Assembly (NCBI RefSeq): GCF_963921235.1
Contig: NC_086107.1
Span: 115,880,001-115,944,000 of the forward strand
Source: Mobula hypostoma
Lineage: Eukaryota
DNA length: 64,000 bases
Direction: 5' to 3'
Under the pieces are notes generated by a model. That model was not told the DNA's origin and did not search any database. It saw nothing but the letters and a program-made list of their open reading frames with translations. Made by a program: the position numbers and the translations under genes. Within the stretch, counting starts at the first letter, position 1, and every line of letters begins with the position of its first letter. This document shows, in pieces, positions 1-11,719 of the stretch.

Positions 1-80
1 TATGAAATGAGTTGCCAGAGGAAAAGGATGAGTCAGGTATAATAGAATCATTTAAGAGGCGCTTGGACAGGTACATGACT

Positions 81-861
81 GAGAGACACTGGTCAGTGTA
101 CAGATCTCCCCTGAGAGAGAGGGACTGAGAGACACCAGGCAGTGTACAGATCTCCCCCTGAGAGACACTGGTCAGTATACAGATCTCCCCCTGAGAGACA
201 CCGGTCAGTGTACAGAACTCCCCCTGAGAGAGAGAGACTGAGGGAAGAGAAAGAGGGAGACTGAGGGACAAGAGAAAGAGAGACTGAGGGACACTGGTCA
301 GCGTACATGTCTCCCCTCAGGAGAGAGGGACTCTGGTCTGTGTACAGATCTCGCCCTGAGAGAGAGGGACTGAGAGACACTGGTCAAATATACAGATCTT
401 CCCCTGAGAGCGGGACTGGGGGACAAGAGAGGGACTGAGAGATTAGAGAGAGAAGGGGACTGAAAGACAAGAGAGAGAATGGGACAAAGGGATGAGAGAG
501 CGAGTGACTGAGGGACACTGGTCAGTGTACAGATCTCCCCCTGAGAGAGAGGGAGTGAGAGACACCGGTCAGTGTACAGATCTCCCCTGAGAGAGAGGGA
601 CTGAGAGACACCGGTCAGTGTACAGATCTCCCCTGAGAGAGAGGGACTGAGAGACACCGGTCAGTGTACAGATCTCCCCTGAGAGAGAGGGACTGAGAGA
701 CACCGGTCAGTGTACAGATCTGTCCATGTGAGAGAGAGACTGAGAGACACCGGTCAGTGTACAGATCTCCCTGTGAGAGAGGGACTGAGAGACACCGGTC
801 AGTGTACAGATCTCCCCTGAGAGAGAGGGACTGAGAGACACCGGTCAGTGTACAGATCTCC
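81..861. repeat. Minisatellite, ~46-48 bp unit (GAGAGACACCGGTCAGTGTACAGATCTCCCCTGAGAGAGAGGGACT)
   Basis: About a dozen degenerate tandem copies are directly visible. Confidence 0.9.
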
Positions 862-1344
862 AACTAAGAGAACGGGACTGATAGACAATGTAGAAATCTC
901 CTCACTTTCCTTCCATTCCTCCATCCAAACTCTCCCGTTCTGCTGTTACCTCTGCCTGCCTCTCAACTATTTCCCTCCCTCCTCCCTCAATCCCCTCATC
1001 TCCCTCATTTCTCACACATCCCTCACATTTGCTCTCCTTCCCCCTCTCACAGCCCTCCTTCCCCTACATTACTTTCCCTGCACCCTGCCTTCTGACTCAC
1101 ACTCTCCCCCACATCTCCTTCTCCTCTCCCTCCTACCAATGTCCCTCTCCCTCCATCCTTGCTCTCCCTTATCTCCATTTTTCATTCATCTTTACCCTCT
1201 CTCTCCCATATCTCCATATGCCCCCTTCTTCATCTCCCTTCCCTTTCCCTCTCTCCCCCACTATTGCTCGCATCTCTCTCCCCTTTCTCCCTCTCTGCCC
1301 CCTCCCCTCTATCTCACCACTTCCCCCTCCCATCCCCTCCCCGA

Positions 1345-1835
1345 ATCAAAGTTCAAAGTAAATGTATTATCGCGTACAGAAATGTCACCATATACAACCC
1401 TGAGATTCATTTTCTTTCGGGCATTCTCAATAAATCCAATAATCATAATAGAATCAATGAGAGACCGCATCAAGAGGGCGGACAACCGGTGTGCGAAAGA
1501 CAACAAACTGCAAATACAGAAATAATATATAAACAATAAACATTGAGAACATGAGATGAGTCCTTAAAGTGAGTCCATACGTTGTGGGAGCAGGTCAGTG
1601 GTGGAGTGAGTGAAGAAGTTATCCCCTCTGGTTCAGGAGTCTGATGGTTGAGGGGTAATAACTGTTCCCGAACCCGGTGGTGTGGGTCCCGAGGCTCCTG
1701 GACCTCCTTCCCGATGGCAGCAGCGAGGAGAGAGCACGTCCTGGGTGGTGGGGGTCCCTGATGGTGGATGCTGCTTTCCTGCGACAGCGCTCCGTGCAGA
1801 TGTGCTGAATGGCGAGGAAGGCTTTACCCGTAATG
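1345..1835 (-). mobile_element. 3' fragment of a Rex1/Babar-type non-LTR retrotransposon
   Basis: Minus frame RCRRKAASTIRDPHHPGRALSSLLPSGRRSRSLGTHTTGFGNSYYPSTIRLLN matches the typical Rex1/Babar ORF C-terminus and is followed by a 3' UTR. Confidence 0.75.
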
Positions 1836-1873
1836 GTGGATGAATATATCACCCGCTCTCCCTCCCTCCTTAC

Positions 1874-1904
1874 CTGCCACGCAGAAAAGCGCCGCTCCCG
1901 CCAT
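1874..1904 (-). CDS. Probable first coding exon of an unidentified gene (MAGAALFCVA-G...) that continues off the left end of the window
   Basis: Strong Kozak context gcggagATGG and a consensus donor G|GTAAGG at 1873, inside a CpG island with promoter motifs just upstream. Confidence 0.55.
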
Positions 1905-2205
1905 CTCCGCAACCCGTCTCGGTGGAGGGTTTGGCGGGCGGGCGGGCGGGCGGGGGAGGGGGGGATGGCCGGTGGCTGCTCTGGCGGCGCTGCCGAGGGC
2001 CGGGACCTGGGACCCGGCTGCCCGTTGCGTCGCTCCCGCTCCCGCTTCCGCCCCACGTCCGTCCGCAGCTTCAGCACCCGACTGGCCGGACAGCTCCCGC
2101 ACACGTGACGGAAAGGCCCGGCGTCCCCATTGGAGATGGGGCACGTTCGTCAGCCGCGTAAGCCAATCACAGTCTCGCTCTGCAGCCGGCGCAGTGGGCA
2201 CGTCC
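1880..2205 (-). promoter_or_regulatory. CpG-island promoter with GTCACGTG E-box (2102-2109), CCAAT box (AGCCAATCA, 2161-2169) and GC boxes
   Basis: High CpG density relative to the flanks; motifs read directly; lies upstream of the ATG at 1904. Confidence 0.7.
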
Positions 2206-2224
2206 CCTCAGAGGAAGGGGGAGG

Positions 2225-2680
2225 GGTATCCCGGAGATGAGGGGGGAGGAGGTAACAGAGGGGGTCTGGTGTAGTGAGGGAAGCGGGGGGTCGGGGAGAT
2301 GAGGGGGGAGGAGGTAACAGAGGGGGTCTGGTGTAGTGAGGGAAGCGGGGGGGGGGTCGGGGAGAGAGGGTATCCCGGAGATGAGGGGGGAGGAGGTAAC
2401 AGAGGGGGTCTGGTGTAGTGAGGGAAGCGGGGGGTTGGGGAGAGAGGGTATCCCGGAGATGAGGGGGGAGGAGGTAACAGAGGGGGTCTGGTGTAGTGAG
2501 GGAAGCGGGGGGTCGGGGAGAGAGGGTATCCCGGAGATGAGGGGGGAGGAGGTAACAGAGGGGGTCTGGTGTAGTGAGGGAAGCGGGGGGTCGGGGGTAT
2601 CCCGGAGATGAGGGGGGAGGAGGTAACAGAGGGGGTCTGGTGTAGTGAGGGAAGGGGGGGGTCGGGGAGAGAGGCTGTCC
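2225..2680. repeat. 78-bp tandem repeat (~6 partial or complete copies)
   Basis: Repeated GTATCCCGGAGATGAGGGGGGAGGAGGTAACAGAGGGGGTCTGGTGTAGTGAGGGAAGC unit; 26-aa period in the ORF track. Confidence 0.9.
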
Positions 2681-2876
2681 CGGTGACGAGGAGGGAGTAG
2701 ACTTTATGATTCTATTGTGGTTATTGGCTCCGAGAGAAGGGGAGGGGGTGATGCGGATGGAACGGTGACGGGAAAGGGAAATGGGGTGGAAACCCGGAAT
2801 TTCCCTCTGTTGCGCCGCTCAGCCCCTTTGCCCCCTCCTAACCCATCTGACACTCAGACCAGTTCTCCTCAACTGC

Positions 2877-2882
2877 TTTATT
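2877..2882 (-). terminator. Polyadenylation signal AATAAA of the ADPRH-like gene
   Basis: TTTATT on the plus strand about 215 nt downstream of the stop codon. Confidence 0.65.
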
Positions 2883-3097
2883 GATCAGGATTGTGATTCC
2901 AGTGAATTTCCGGACTGAGGTTTTCCGCCCTCCTCCCGCAGCCCCTTTCTCTGCCGCTCTTACACTTCACACCCTTCCTCCTCCCGCTTCTCCCTCTTCC
3001 TCCCTTCCCCTTACCACTCCCCCTCCCAACTCTTCTCCCCTCCCCATCTCGTCCCTGATAATCCTTTCATCCTTGCACCACCACCACCCCCCACCCG

Positions 3098-3261
3098 TCA
3101 CTCGGTGTCCCTGCCCCAGGCCGCTCGGTGCAGCTGATCAGCCGCAGTCAGCAGACGCTGCCTGTACTCGAGGAACTGGTAATTGCCGGCAGGAACCCCG
3201 GACAGCCCGTGGAGTAGCCCCCACCAGCAGCCCGCAATCACCCCCGTCGAGTCACTGTCAC
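3098..3261 (-). CDS. ADPRH: ADP-ribosylarginine hydrolase (ARH1) coding exon 8, last (GDSDSTGVIAGCWWG...WGRDTE*)
   Basis: Catalytic DSDS motif, CAG acceptor at 3262, phase 1 consistent with the previous exon, TGA at 3098-3100. Confidence 0.92.
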
Positions 3262-3721
3262 CTGCGGGGAGAGAGAGAGAGCAGGGAGTTAGAGAGAGAC
3301 AGCGTGGGAGGGTTTAGAGAGAGGGGTATGAGGGGTTTAGAGAAAGGGGTAAATTATTTAGACAGAGGGTGTGGGGGTTGGAGAGAGGGGGTGTGGTTGG
3401 TGAGAAAGGGGATGGGGGTGTTGGGAGAGGGGGGTGGGGTTGTGGGAAAGAAGAGGTGGGGATCATGGGAAAGAGGAGGTGGGGATCTTGGGAGATGGGG
3501 TGGAGGGTGATAGGGTGGGGTGAGTGATACCATCAGTTAAAAAATTATGGTTCATGTAGGCACAGCAAGATCCCACACTGCATGCCCCAGCCACCTCCTC
3601 CCAGCAGGTGCCCTCTCCCCTCTTAGTTCATCACCTATTTACTCCCCCTCTCCCTCCCTGTCCCTCTGCCCCCTTACTCGCCCCTCCCTGTCCCTCTGCC
3701 CCCTTACTCGCCCCTCCCTAC

Positions 3722-3936
3722 CTCCATGGAACATGCCCCATCCACAGAGTTGCTCCCAGGAGCTTGCTGCCCCCAACAGGGCCTCGTAGGCAATCATCGG
3801 GGCATCGTGTCCACTGCGGCCGGCCCAGTTCTCCAGGCTGAATCTCCGGTATTCCTGGTCCCTCTCCTGCACACCGTACGGATCCGGGAACCGGGGCGGC
3901 CCACGGCCTGTCTCCAGTCCCCTCTGCTTCAGGTAC
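3722..3936 (-). CDS. ADPRH: ARH1 coding exon 7 (YLKQRGL...ERDQEY...SGHDAPMIAYEALLGA...FHG)
   Basis: Strong similarity to ARH1 (SGHDAPMIAY); AG acceptor, GTAGGG donor, phases 2/1. Confidence 0.93.
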
Positions 3937-4354
3937 CTGCAGGTGGAGGTGTGGAGATCAGACATCTCACTTCCTCCTTATCTCTCCCTCCCTCTCACAG
4001 ACCTGCCTCCACTCCCTTCTGCTGTTGAGGGAGGGGGGAGATCAGATGCCCCTCCCCTCCCACAGGCCTGTCTGCAGAGGGAGCTGGGGGAATATCAGAT
4101 CCCCTTCACCATAACCTCAGTTACCTTAGGGTTGAGGTGTTGAGATCAGATACCGCACTGCCCCTTTATCCTCCTCTTCCCTCCATCTCCCTCCCCTCAC
4201 TCCCCCACCCTCCTTTTCCCTTCCTCTCCCCTCCCACCTTCTTTCCATCTTCACTCTCCCTTCTTTCCTTTCCTCCTCCCCAAACCCCCCTTCCACTTCC
4301 TCCCTCCTCCCTCCCCCACCCACCTTTCCCCCTCCATGTCTGCTTCCTCCCCCC

Positions 4355-5595
4355 TTAAGCGGATGGAGGGAGGGAGTCAAAGGTAAAGGGACAGGGCAGA
4401 GTTATCGGCAGGACCTTTAACAGTGTTGACCTACTGAGGGATCCTGGGGACCCTGTGCACAGCTCCCTGAAGGTGACGACACAGGCTGACAGGGTGGTAA
4501 GGGAGGCGAACGGCGTGTTTGGCTTTATCAGACGGGGCACTGAGTTCAAGAGTCAGGACGTTATGTTGCAGCTTCATAAACCTCTGGACCGGCTGCATCT
4601 GGGTATTACATTTAGTTCTGGGTGCCCCACGACAGGAAGGGTGTGGGGGCTTTGGAGAGAGTGTGGGGTCTTTGGAGAGGGTAGGGGGCTTTAGAGAGGG
4701 TGTGGGGGCTTTGGAGAGGGTAGGGGGCTTTAGAGAGGGTGTGGGGGCTTTGGAGAGGGTGTGGGGGCTTTGGAGAGGTTGTGAGCGCTTTGGAGAGGGT
4801 GTGGGGGCTTTGGAGAGGGTGTGGGGGCTTTGGAGAGGGTGTGGGCGATTTGAAGAGGGTGTGGGCGATTAGGAGAGGGTGTGGGCGATTAGGAGAGGGT
4901 GTGGGGTCTTTGCCGAGGGTGTGGGGGCTTTGGAGAGGGTGTGGGGGCTTTGGAGAGGGTGCAGAAGAGGCTCACCAGAACGCTGCCTGGGTTTGAGGGC
5001 CAGAGCTGGACGGGGAGGTGGGACAAACTGGACAGAGGCTGAGGGGAGATCTGATCAAGGTTTACAAGATTATGAGAGACACAGAGAGAGTACATTCCCA
5101 GGGTGGAATGTGCAGTACTAGAGGGCCTGTATTCAAGGTAAGGGGGTAATTTCGATGGAGGTGTGCCTGGCGAGTGCTGTCTGACTGAGACACGTGAACG
5201 TACAGACTCTGGACTCGTGGCATTTAGAAGAATGATGGGGGATCTCATTGAATATTGAAAAGCCTAGATAAAGTATGCGGAGAGGATGTTTCCTACAGTG
5301 GGGCAGTCTAGGACCAGAGGGCACTGGTTCAGAACAGTGGCGAGATCAGAGATGAGGAAGAATTTCTTTGACTAAAGGCTGGTGAATTTGTGGAATTCAT
5401 TGCCGTAGGTGGCTCTGGAAGCCAAGTCATTGGGTATACTTAAAGTGGAGGTTTAAAGGTTCTTGATTAGTCAGGGTGTCAAAAGTTACAGGCAGATGGC
5501 AGGAGAATGGGATTGAGAGGGAAGATAAATCAGCCATGATGGAATGACAGAACACACTCGATGGGCTGAATGGCCAAATCTGTTCCTATGGTCCA
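4355..5595 (+). mobile_element. Degraded CR1 LINE fragments, including a 3' end, with an internal 20-bp minisatellite (4640-4960)
   Basis: CR1 ORF2 C-terminal residues (QADRVVREANGVFGFIRRGTEFKSQDVMLQL) and a typical CR1 3' UTR. Confidence 0.8.
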
Positions 5596-5744
5596 AATGG
5601 AAGGCTGAACAATCAAAAACCAGGAAAGTTTTGCATGCTTTTGTTTAGGAGAGATGACCAGCGACCTGGGGGGGGGGGGGTTATCTGAGGAGTCTGAGAA
5701 TCGGGGGGGGGAGGGCGGTTTGATCTGAGACCAGTAGCAAGGGC

Positions 5745-6225
5745 TGCAGAATTGATGTTTTCACAAAACCCTTTCTCCGACCCCCTTCTCTCTTCCATTC
5801 CTCATTCTGGTTCCCTTCTCACTCCTTCTCTTCAGCCAACTCCCCATTACCGCCCTCTGGTGCCTCTCCCCCTTGCCTTTCTCCCATGGTCTACTCTCCT
5901 CTCCGATCAGAACCCTGCTCCTTCAGACCTTTGCCTTTTCCACCAACCACCACCCAATTTCTCACTTCATCCCTCTTCCCTACCCACCCACCTGCCCCTT
6001 CACCTGATCTCACCTTTCACCTGTCAGCTTGACCCCTTCCCCTGCCCCCCCATCTTCTTATCCTGGCTTTGACCAACTTTCTTTCCAGCCCTGATCTGAT
6101 GAAGGGTCTTGGCCTGAAACGTTGACTGTTTATTCCCCTCCATAGATGCTGCCTGACCTGCTGAGTTCCTCCAGCATTTTCTGTGGGTTTTGCTCTGGAT
6201 TTCCTGCATCTGCAGAATCTCTTGT
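5745..6225 (+). mobile_element. Penelope-like element (PLE) terminal (pLTR) fragment
   Basis: Pyrimidine-rich stretch, then CTGATGAAGGGTCTTGGCCTGAAACGTTGACTG and GATGCTGCCTGACCTGCTGAGTTCCTCCAGC; homologous to the PLE at 23664-23954. Confidence 0.7.
6086..6128 (+). ncRNA. Degenerate minimal type I hammerhead ribozyme motif
   Basis: CTGATGA-AGG(GTCTTGG)CCT-GAAAC-GTT-GACTG; stem I is disrupted by a CTGAT duplication. Confidence 0.55.
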
Positions 6226-6494
6226 AAGTCTGCGACTTGCTACGCTGCTTTCTGGGCCAAACTAAAGCAGGAAGAGGGTGATTGGAGGGGAGGAGCTCGC
6301 CAAGGTAGCAACACTGCAGCTGTAGACCTGCTCAACATCTGTAAGCTGTGAATTAGCACTTCAGGAAATCAAACCAGAGTGAAATTAGAATCGACATGAA
6401 GAATGTATCCCAAGAACTGAGATGCTCAGCAAAACTTTGTATTTATGGAGATGCCAACAACGTCCCACTGTCCATCCCATCCCATTTCGGTTGT

Positions 6495-7252
6495 GACATA
6501 GAACAAAATGCACAGGCCCTTCAACCCACAAAGTTTAACCTTCTCCAAAATCAATCTAACCCTTCCCTTCCACATAATCCTCCATTTTTCTATCATCCAT
6601 GTGCCCAAGAGCCTCTTTAATGTCCCTAATGTATCTGCCTCTCCCACCACCCTGGCAATGCGTTCCACACACCCACCACTCTCTAAGTAAAAAAAAACTA
6701 CTTGATATCCTCCCTATAACCTGAATGTGTCCAGTCACCTTAAAATTATGCCCCCTTGTATTAGCCCTTTCCACCCTGGGAAAAAGTCTCTGGCTGTCCA
6801 CTTGACCTATGCCTCTTATCATCTCGTACGCCTCTATCAAGTCATCTCTCACCCTCCTTCACTCCAAAGAGAAAAGCACCAGCTCACTCAATCCATCCTT
6901 GTAAGACACACTTTCTAATCCAGGCAGCACCCTGGTAAATCTCCTCTGCACCCTCTCTGAAGTTTCCACATCCTTCCAATAATGAGGCAACCATATCTGA
7001 ACACAATAACCCGTGTGTGGTCTGACCAGGGTTTTATAGAGCTGTGACGCTACTTTGCAGCTCTTCAACTCAATCGCCCGGTAATGAAGGTAAACACACC
7101 ACAGGCTTTCTCAACCACGCTGCCAACCTGCACTGCAACTTTGAGGGGTCTATGGCCACGGACCCCAAGACCCCCCTGTTCCTCCACTCTGCCGTTAACC
7201 CTGCGCTGTAACTTCAGGATTCACTTTCCAAAGCGAATCACCTCTCACGTTG
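6495..7252 (-). mobile_element. Older CR1 LINE 3' part, host of the younger CR1 insertion
   Basis: LYKTLVRPHTGYCVQIWLPHYWKDV and DLIEAYEMIRGI motifs; the sequence resumes briefly after 9648. Confidence 0.8.
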
Positions 7253-7255
7253 CTC

Positions 7256-9648
7256 AGAAACATAGAAACATAGAAAATAGGTGCAGGAGTAGGCCATTCG
7301 GCCCTTCGAGCCTGCACCGCCATTTATTATGATCATGGCTGATCATCCAACTCAGAACCCCGCCCCAGCCTTCCCTCCATACCCCCTGACCCCTGTAGCC
7401 ACAAGGGCCATATCTAACTCCCTCTTAAACATAGCCAATGAACTGGCCTCAACTGTTTCCTGTGGCAGAGAATTCCACAGATTCACCACTCTCTGTGTGA
7501 AGAAGTTTTTCCTAATCTCAGTCCTAAAAGGCTTCCCCTTTATCCTCACACTGTGACCCCTCGTTCTGGACTTGCCCAACATCGGGAACAATCTTCCTGC
7601 ATCTAGACTGTCCAATCCCTTTAGGATTTTATACGTTTCAATCAGATCCCCCCTCAATCTTCTAAATTCCAAGAGTACAAGCCCAATTCATCCAGTCTTT
7701 CTTCATATGAAAGTCCTGCCATCCCAGGAATCAACCTGGTGAACCTTCTTTGTACTCCCTCTATGGCAAGGATGTCTTTCTTCAGATTAGGGGACCAAAA
7801 CTGCACACAATACTCCAGGTGTGGTCTCACCAAGGCCTTGTACAACTGCAGTAGTACCTCCCTGCTCCTGTACTCGAATCCTCTCGCTATAAATGCCAGC
7901 ATACCGTTCGCCTTTTTCACCGCCTGCTGTACCTGCATGCCCACTTTCAATGACTGGTGTATAATGACACCCAGCTCTCGTTGCACCTCCCCTTTTCCTA
8001 ATCGGCCACCATTCAGATAATAATTTGTTTTCCTATTTTTGCCACCAAAGTGGATAACTTCACATTTATCCACATTAAATTGCATCTGCCATGAATTTGC
8101 CCACTCACCCAACCTATCCAAGTCACCCTGCATCCTCTTAGCATCCTCCTCACAGCTAACACTGCCACCTAGCTTCGTGTCATCCGCAAACTTGGAGATG
8201 CTGCATTTAATTCCCTCATCCAAGTCATTAATATATATTGTAAACAACTGGGGTCCCAGCACTGAGCCTTGCAGTACCCCACTAGTCACCGCCTGCCATT
8301 CTGAAAAGGTCCCGTTTATTCCCACTCTTTGCTTCCTGTCTGCCAACCAATTCTCTATCCACATCAATACCATACCCCCAATACCGTGTGCTTTAAATTT
8401 GCACGCTAATCTCCTGGTGTGGGACCTTGTCAAAAGCCTTTTGAAAATCCAAATATACCACATCCACTGGTTCTCCCCTATCCACTCTACTAGTTACATC
8501 CTCAAAAAATTCTATGAGATTCGTCAGACATGATTTTCCTTTCACAAATCCATGCTGACTTTGTCCGATGATTTCACCGCTTTCCAAATGTGCTGTTATC
8601 ACATCTTTGATAACTGACTCCAGCAGTTTCCCCACCACCGACATTAGGCTAACCGGTCTATAATTCCCCGGTTTCTCTCTCCCTCCTTTTTTAAAAAGTG
8701 GGGTTACATTAGCCACCCTCCAATCCTCAGGAACTAGTCCAGAATCTAACGAGTTTTGAAAAATTATCACTAATGCATCCACTATTTCTTGGGCTACTTC
8801 CTTAAGCCCTCTGGGATGCAGACCATCTGGCCCTGGGGATTTATCTGCCTTTAATCCCTTCAATTTACCTAACAGCACTTCCCTACTAACATGTATTTCG
8901 CTCAGTTCCTCCATCTCACTGGACCCTCTGTCCCCTACTATTTCGGGAAGATTATTTATGTCCTCCTTAGTGAAGACAGAACCAAAGTAATTATTCAATT
9001 GGTCTGCCATGTCCTTGCTCCCCATAATCAATTCACCTGTTTCTGTCTGTAGGGGACCTACATTTGTCTTTACCAGTCTTTTCCTTTTTACATATCTATA
9101 AAAGCTTTTACAGTCAGTTTTTATGTTCTCTGCCAGTTTTCTCTCATAATCTTTTTTCCCCTTCCTAATTAAGCCCTTTGTCCTCCTCTGCTGAACTCTG
9201 AATTTCTCCCAGTCCTCAGGTGAGCCACTTTTTCTGGCTAATTTGTATGCTACTTCTTTGGAATTGATACTATCCCTAATTTCTCTTGTCAGCCACGGGT
9301 GCACTACCTTCCTTGATTTATTCTTTTGCCAAACTGGGATGAACAATTGTTGTAGTTCATCCATGCAACCTTTAAGTGCTTGCCATTGCATATCCACCGT
9401 CAATCCTTTAAGTGTCATTTGCCAGTCTATCTTAGCTAATTCACGTCTCATACCTTCAAAGTTACCCCTTTTTAAGTTCAGAACCTTTGTTTCTGAATTA
9501 ACTATGTCACTCTCCATCTTAGTGAAGAATTCCACCATATTATGGTCACTCTTACCCAAGGGGCCTCTCACGACAAGATTGCTAATTAACCCTTCGTCAT
9601 TGCTCAAAACCCAGTCCAGAATAGCCTGCTCTCTAGTTGGTTCCTCAG
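7256..9648 (-). mobile_element. Young 5'-truncated CR1 LINE (ORF2 from the end of the endonuclease through the RT; two frameshifts)
   Basis: ORF pieces 8393-9667, 7654-8463 and 7352-7672 with KSPGPDG, PGNYRPVSL, LDFQKAFDKV, QGSVLGP, FADD; (CTATGTTT)n tail; CTCAG direct repeat at 7253-7257 and 9644-9648. Confidence 0.93.
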
Positions 9649-10153
9649 GGTGAACTCCAACCTCCATTTAATGTGTAAAGATGAACTATGAGAATATTTT
9701 AATCTGAATAAGAGGGCCCTAATTCGGCAAGTTCTGGAAAGCTTGTAGGAATAGAGTCACTTCTTGAGTTAAACTCTGAACTTATGAGCAGGTGAGATTT
9801 CAAGTGCATGTAGTTGTGAGGTTAATATTTACAGTTTAAATGTTCAGATGCCCCTCAGCCTGGGCCCTCAGCTTTTAACATGGTGTCAATTAGCACAAAA
9901 TCTTCACCAAAGGAGCTGCAGGCTACCCACTGCCTCTGACGTTTTAAATGACCTTTTACGATCTTACCCTCATGCTCAAATGGCCAAGAGGCCGTCTGGC
10001 ATTTTGGCAAAAGAGCTACTCATGGGCTACACTTGAAAGTATTAAAGCAATTAAAATTAACAAGAATGTTTAGTTTTGTGTTGTGGTCACTGTGAGTTGA
10101 AGAGCCCGTTCCAGTCGCAGGGGCCAGGCATTCTGTGTGGAGAATGCACTCAC

Positions 10154-10337
10154 CACCTCCACTTCTCGGGGAAGAAGTCCCAGGCGTCGAGGTTCTGCGG
10201 CACTTCCACCCCACTTGAGCGGACGTACTCCTGGGCAAGGGGCAGGGTCTCGAGGAGGGCCGCACCCCACTCCTCCGGTGGGCGGCCCTGTACTGCAAAT
10301 GAGGTGAAGAGCGCAGAGGTGAGAGCACCTAGGTACC
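10154..10337 (-). CDS. ADPRH: ARH1 coding exon 6 (GYLGALTSALFTSFAVQGRPPEEWG...EKWR)
   Basis: Matches ARH1 GYLGALASALF...PP.QWG; CAG acceptor, GTGAGT donor, phases 1/2. Confidence 0.93.
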
Positions 10338-10619
10338 CTGGAGAGGGGGAAGAGAGAGAGAGAAAATCAGAGAACATTAGAGTGAGAGAGAGAGGGTCAG
10401 AGAACATTAGAGTGGGAGAGAGAGGGAGAATGTTAGGGAGGGAGGAAGAGAGAGAGAATGGAGAAAAAGGAGAGTGGCAGGTTAGAGAATGAACAAGTTG
10501 GGCAATCCATCCCAGAGCTGAGTGAAAAGAGCTACTTTTTAATCAGGACAGCAAACGAGAGTTTAAAGGCAGAGTTTTGCAGCAATCTCTCTGAGTTGAG
10601 GAGTGACCAGTCAGCACGA

Positions 10620-11172
10620 GGGAGTATCGTGAGCAATCTTGGGCCCCTTATCTTAGAAAGGGTGTGCTGAAACTGGAGAGGATTGAAAGGAGGTTCGCAA
10701 GAATGATTCCAGGGTTGAACGTCTTGTCATATGAAGAGAGCTTGGTGTCTCTGGGCCTGTATTCACTAGAATTTAGAAGAATGAGGGGTGACCTCATTGA
10801 AACCTTCCCAGTAGTGAAAGGCCTTGACAGAGTTGACGTGAGGAGGATATCTCCTATAGTACGGGAGTCTAAGACCAGAGGACACAGACTCAGAATAGAG
10901 GGGTGTCCTTTTAGAATGGAGGTGAGGAGGAATTTCATTCCCCAGAGAGTGGTGAATCTGTGGAATGTTTTGCCACAGGCAGCTGTGCAGATGCTCTTCC
11001 TGTACATTTAAGGCAGAGATTGATAGATTCTTGACTGGTCAGGGCACGAGGGGACACAGGGAGAAGGCAGCAGATTGGGGCTGAGAGGAAAATGGATCAG
11101 CCATGAGGAAATGGTGGAACAGACTCGATGGGCCGAATGGCCCAATTCTGCTCCTGTATCTTCTGGTCTTAT
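10620..11172 (+). mobile_element. CR1 LINE 3' fragment
   Basis: LGLYSLEFRRMRGDLIETF...QRVVNLWN plus CR1 3' UTR. Confidence 0.85.
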
Positions 11173-11719
11173 GAAAGAGAGGGAGAGAGGAGGCAGAAGT
11201 GAGGTGATGGGGAGGCAGAGGGCAGGGGAGTGGGAGAGGGTGATGTGGAGGGGAACAGGATGTGGATGGGGAGGGGGGTTGTGAAGGGGAGGGGGGTTGT
11301 GGAGGGTGAGGGGGCTGGGGAGGGGGTAGCGAGAGGAGTGGGAAGGGCGGGGGATGTGGAGAGGATGGGGTAGGGGGTAGGGGAGAGGGGAGGGTGGTAG
11401 GGGAGGGAATTAGCGGGGGAAGGTGGTGGGGAGGGGAGGAGAGACAATAGGGAGGAGACTGGGAGTTTTATCCCAAAACTGACCAGTGGGGCCAATGAGG
11501 AGTGTGGAGAGCTAGGGGAGGGAGGGAGGTTGGAGGGGGAAAAGCAGGATGGGGGAAGAGAGGGGGGAGGTGGGAAGGGAGAGGGGGAGGAGAGAGGAGG
11601 TGGGAAGGGAGAGGGGGAGGGGAGTGGGGGAGGGGAGTGGAGGAGGGGTGAGGGAGAAGTCTAGGAATTTTATCCCCACACTGACCCATAGGGTGAAGGT
11701 GAGGAAGGTGGAAAGCTGG

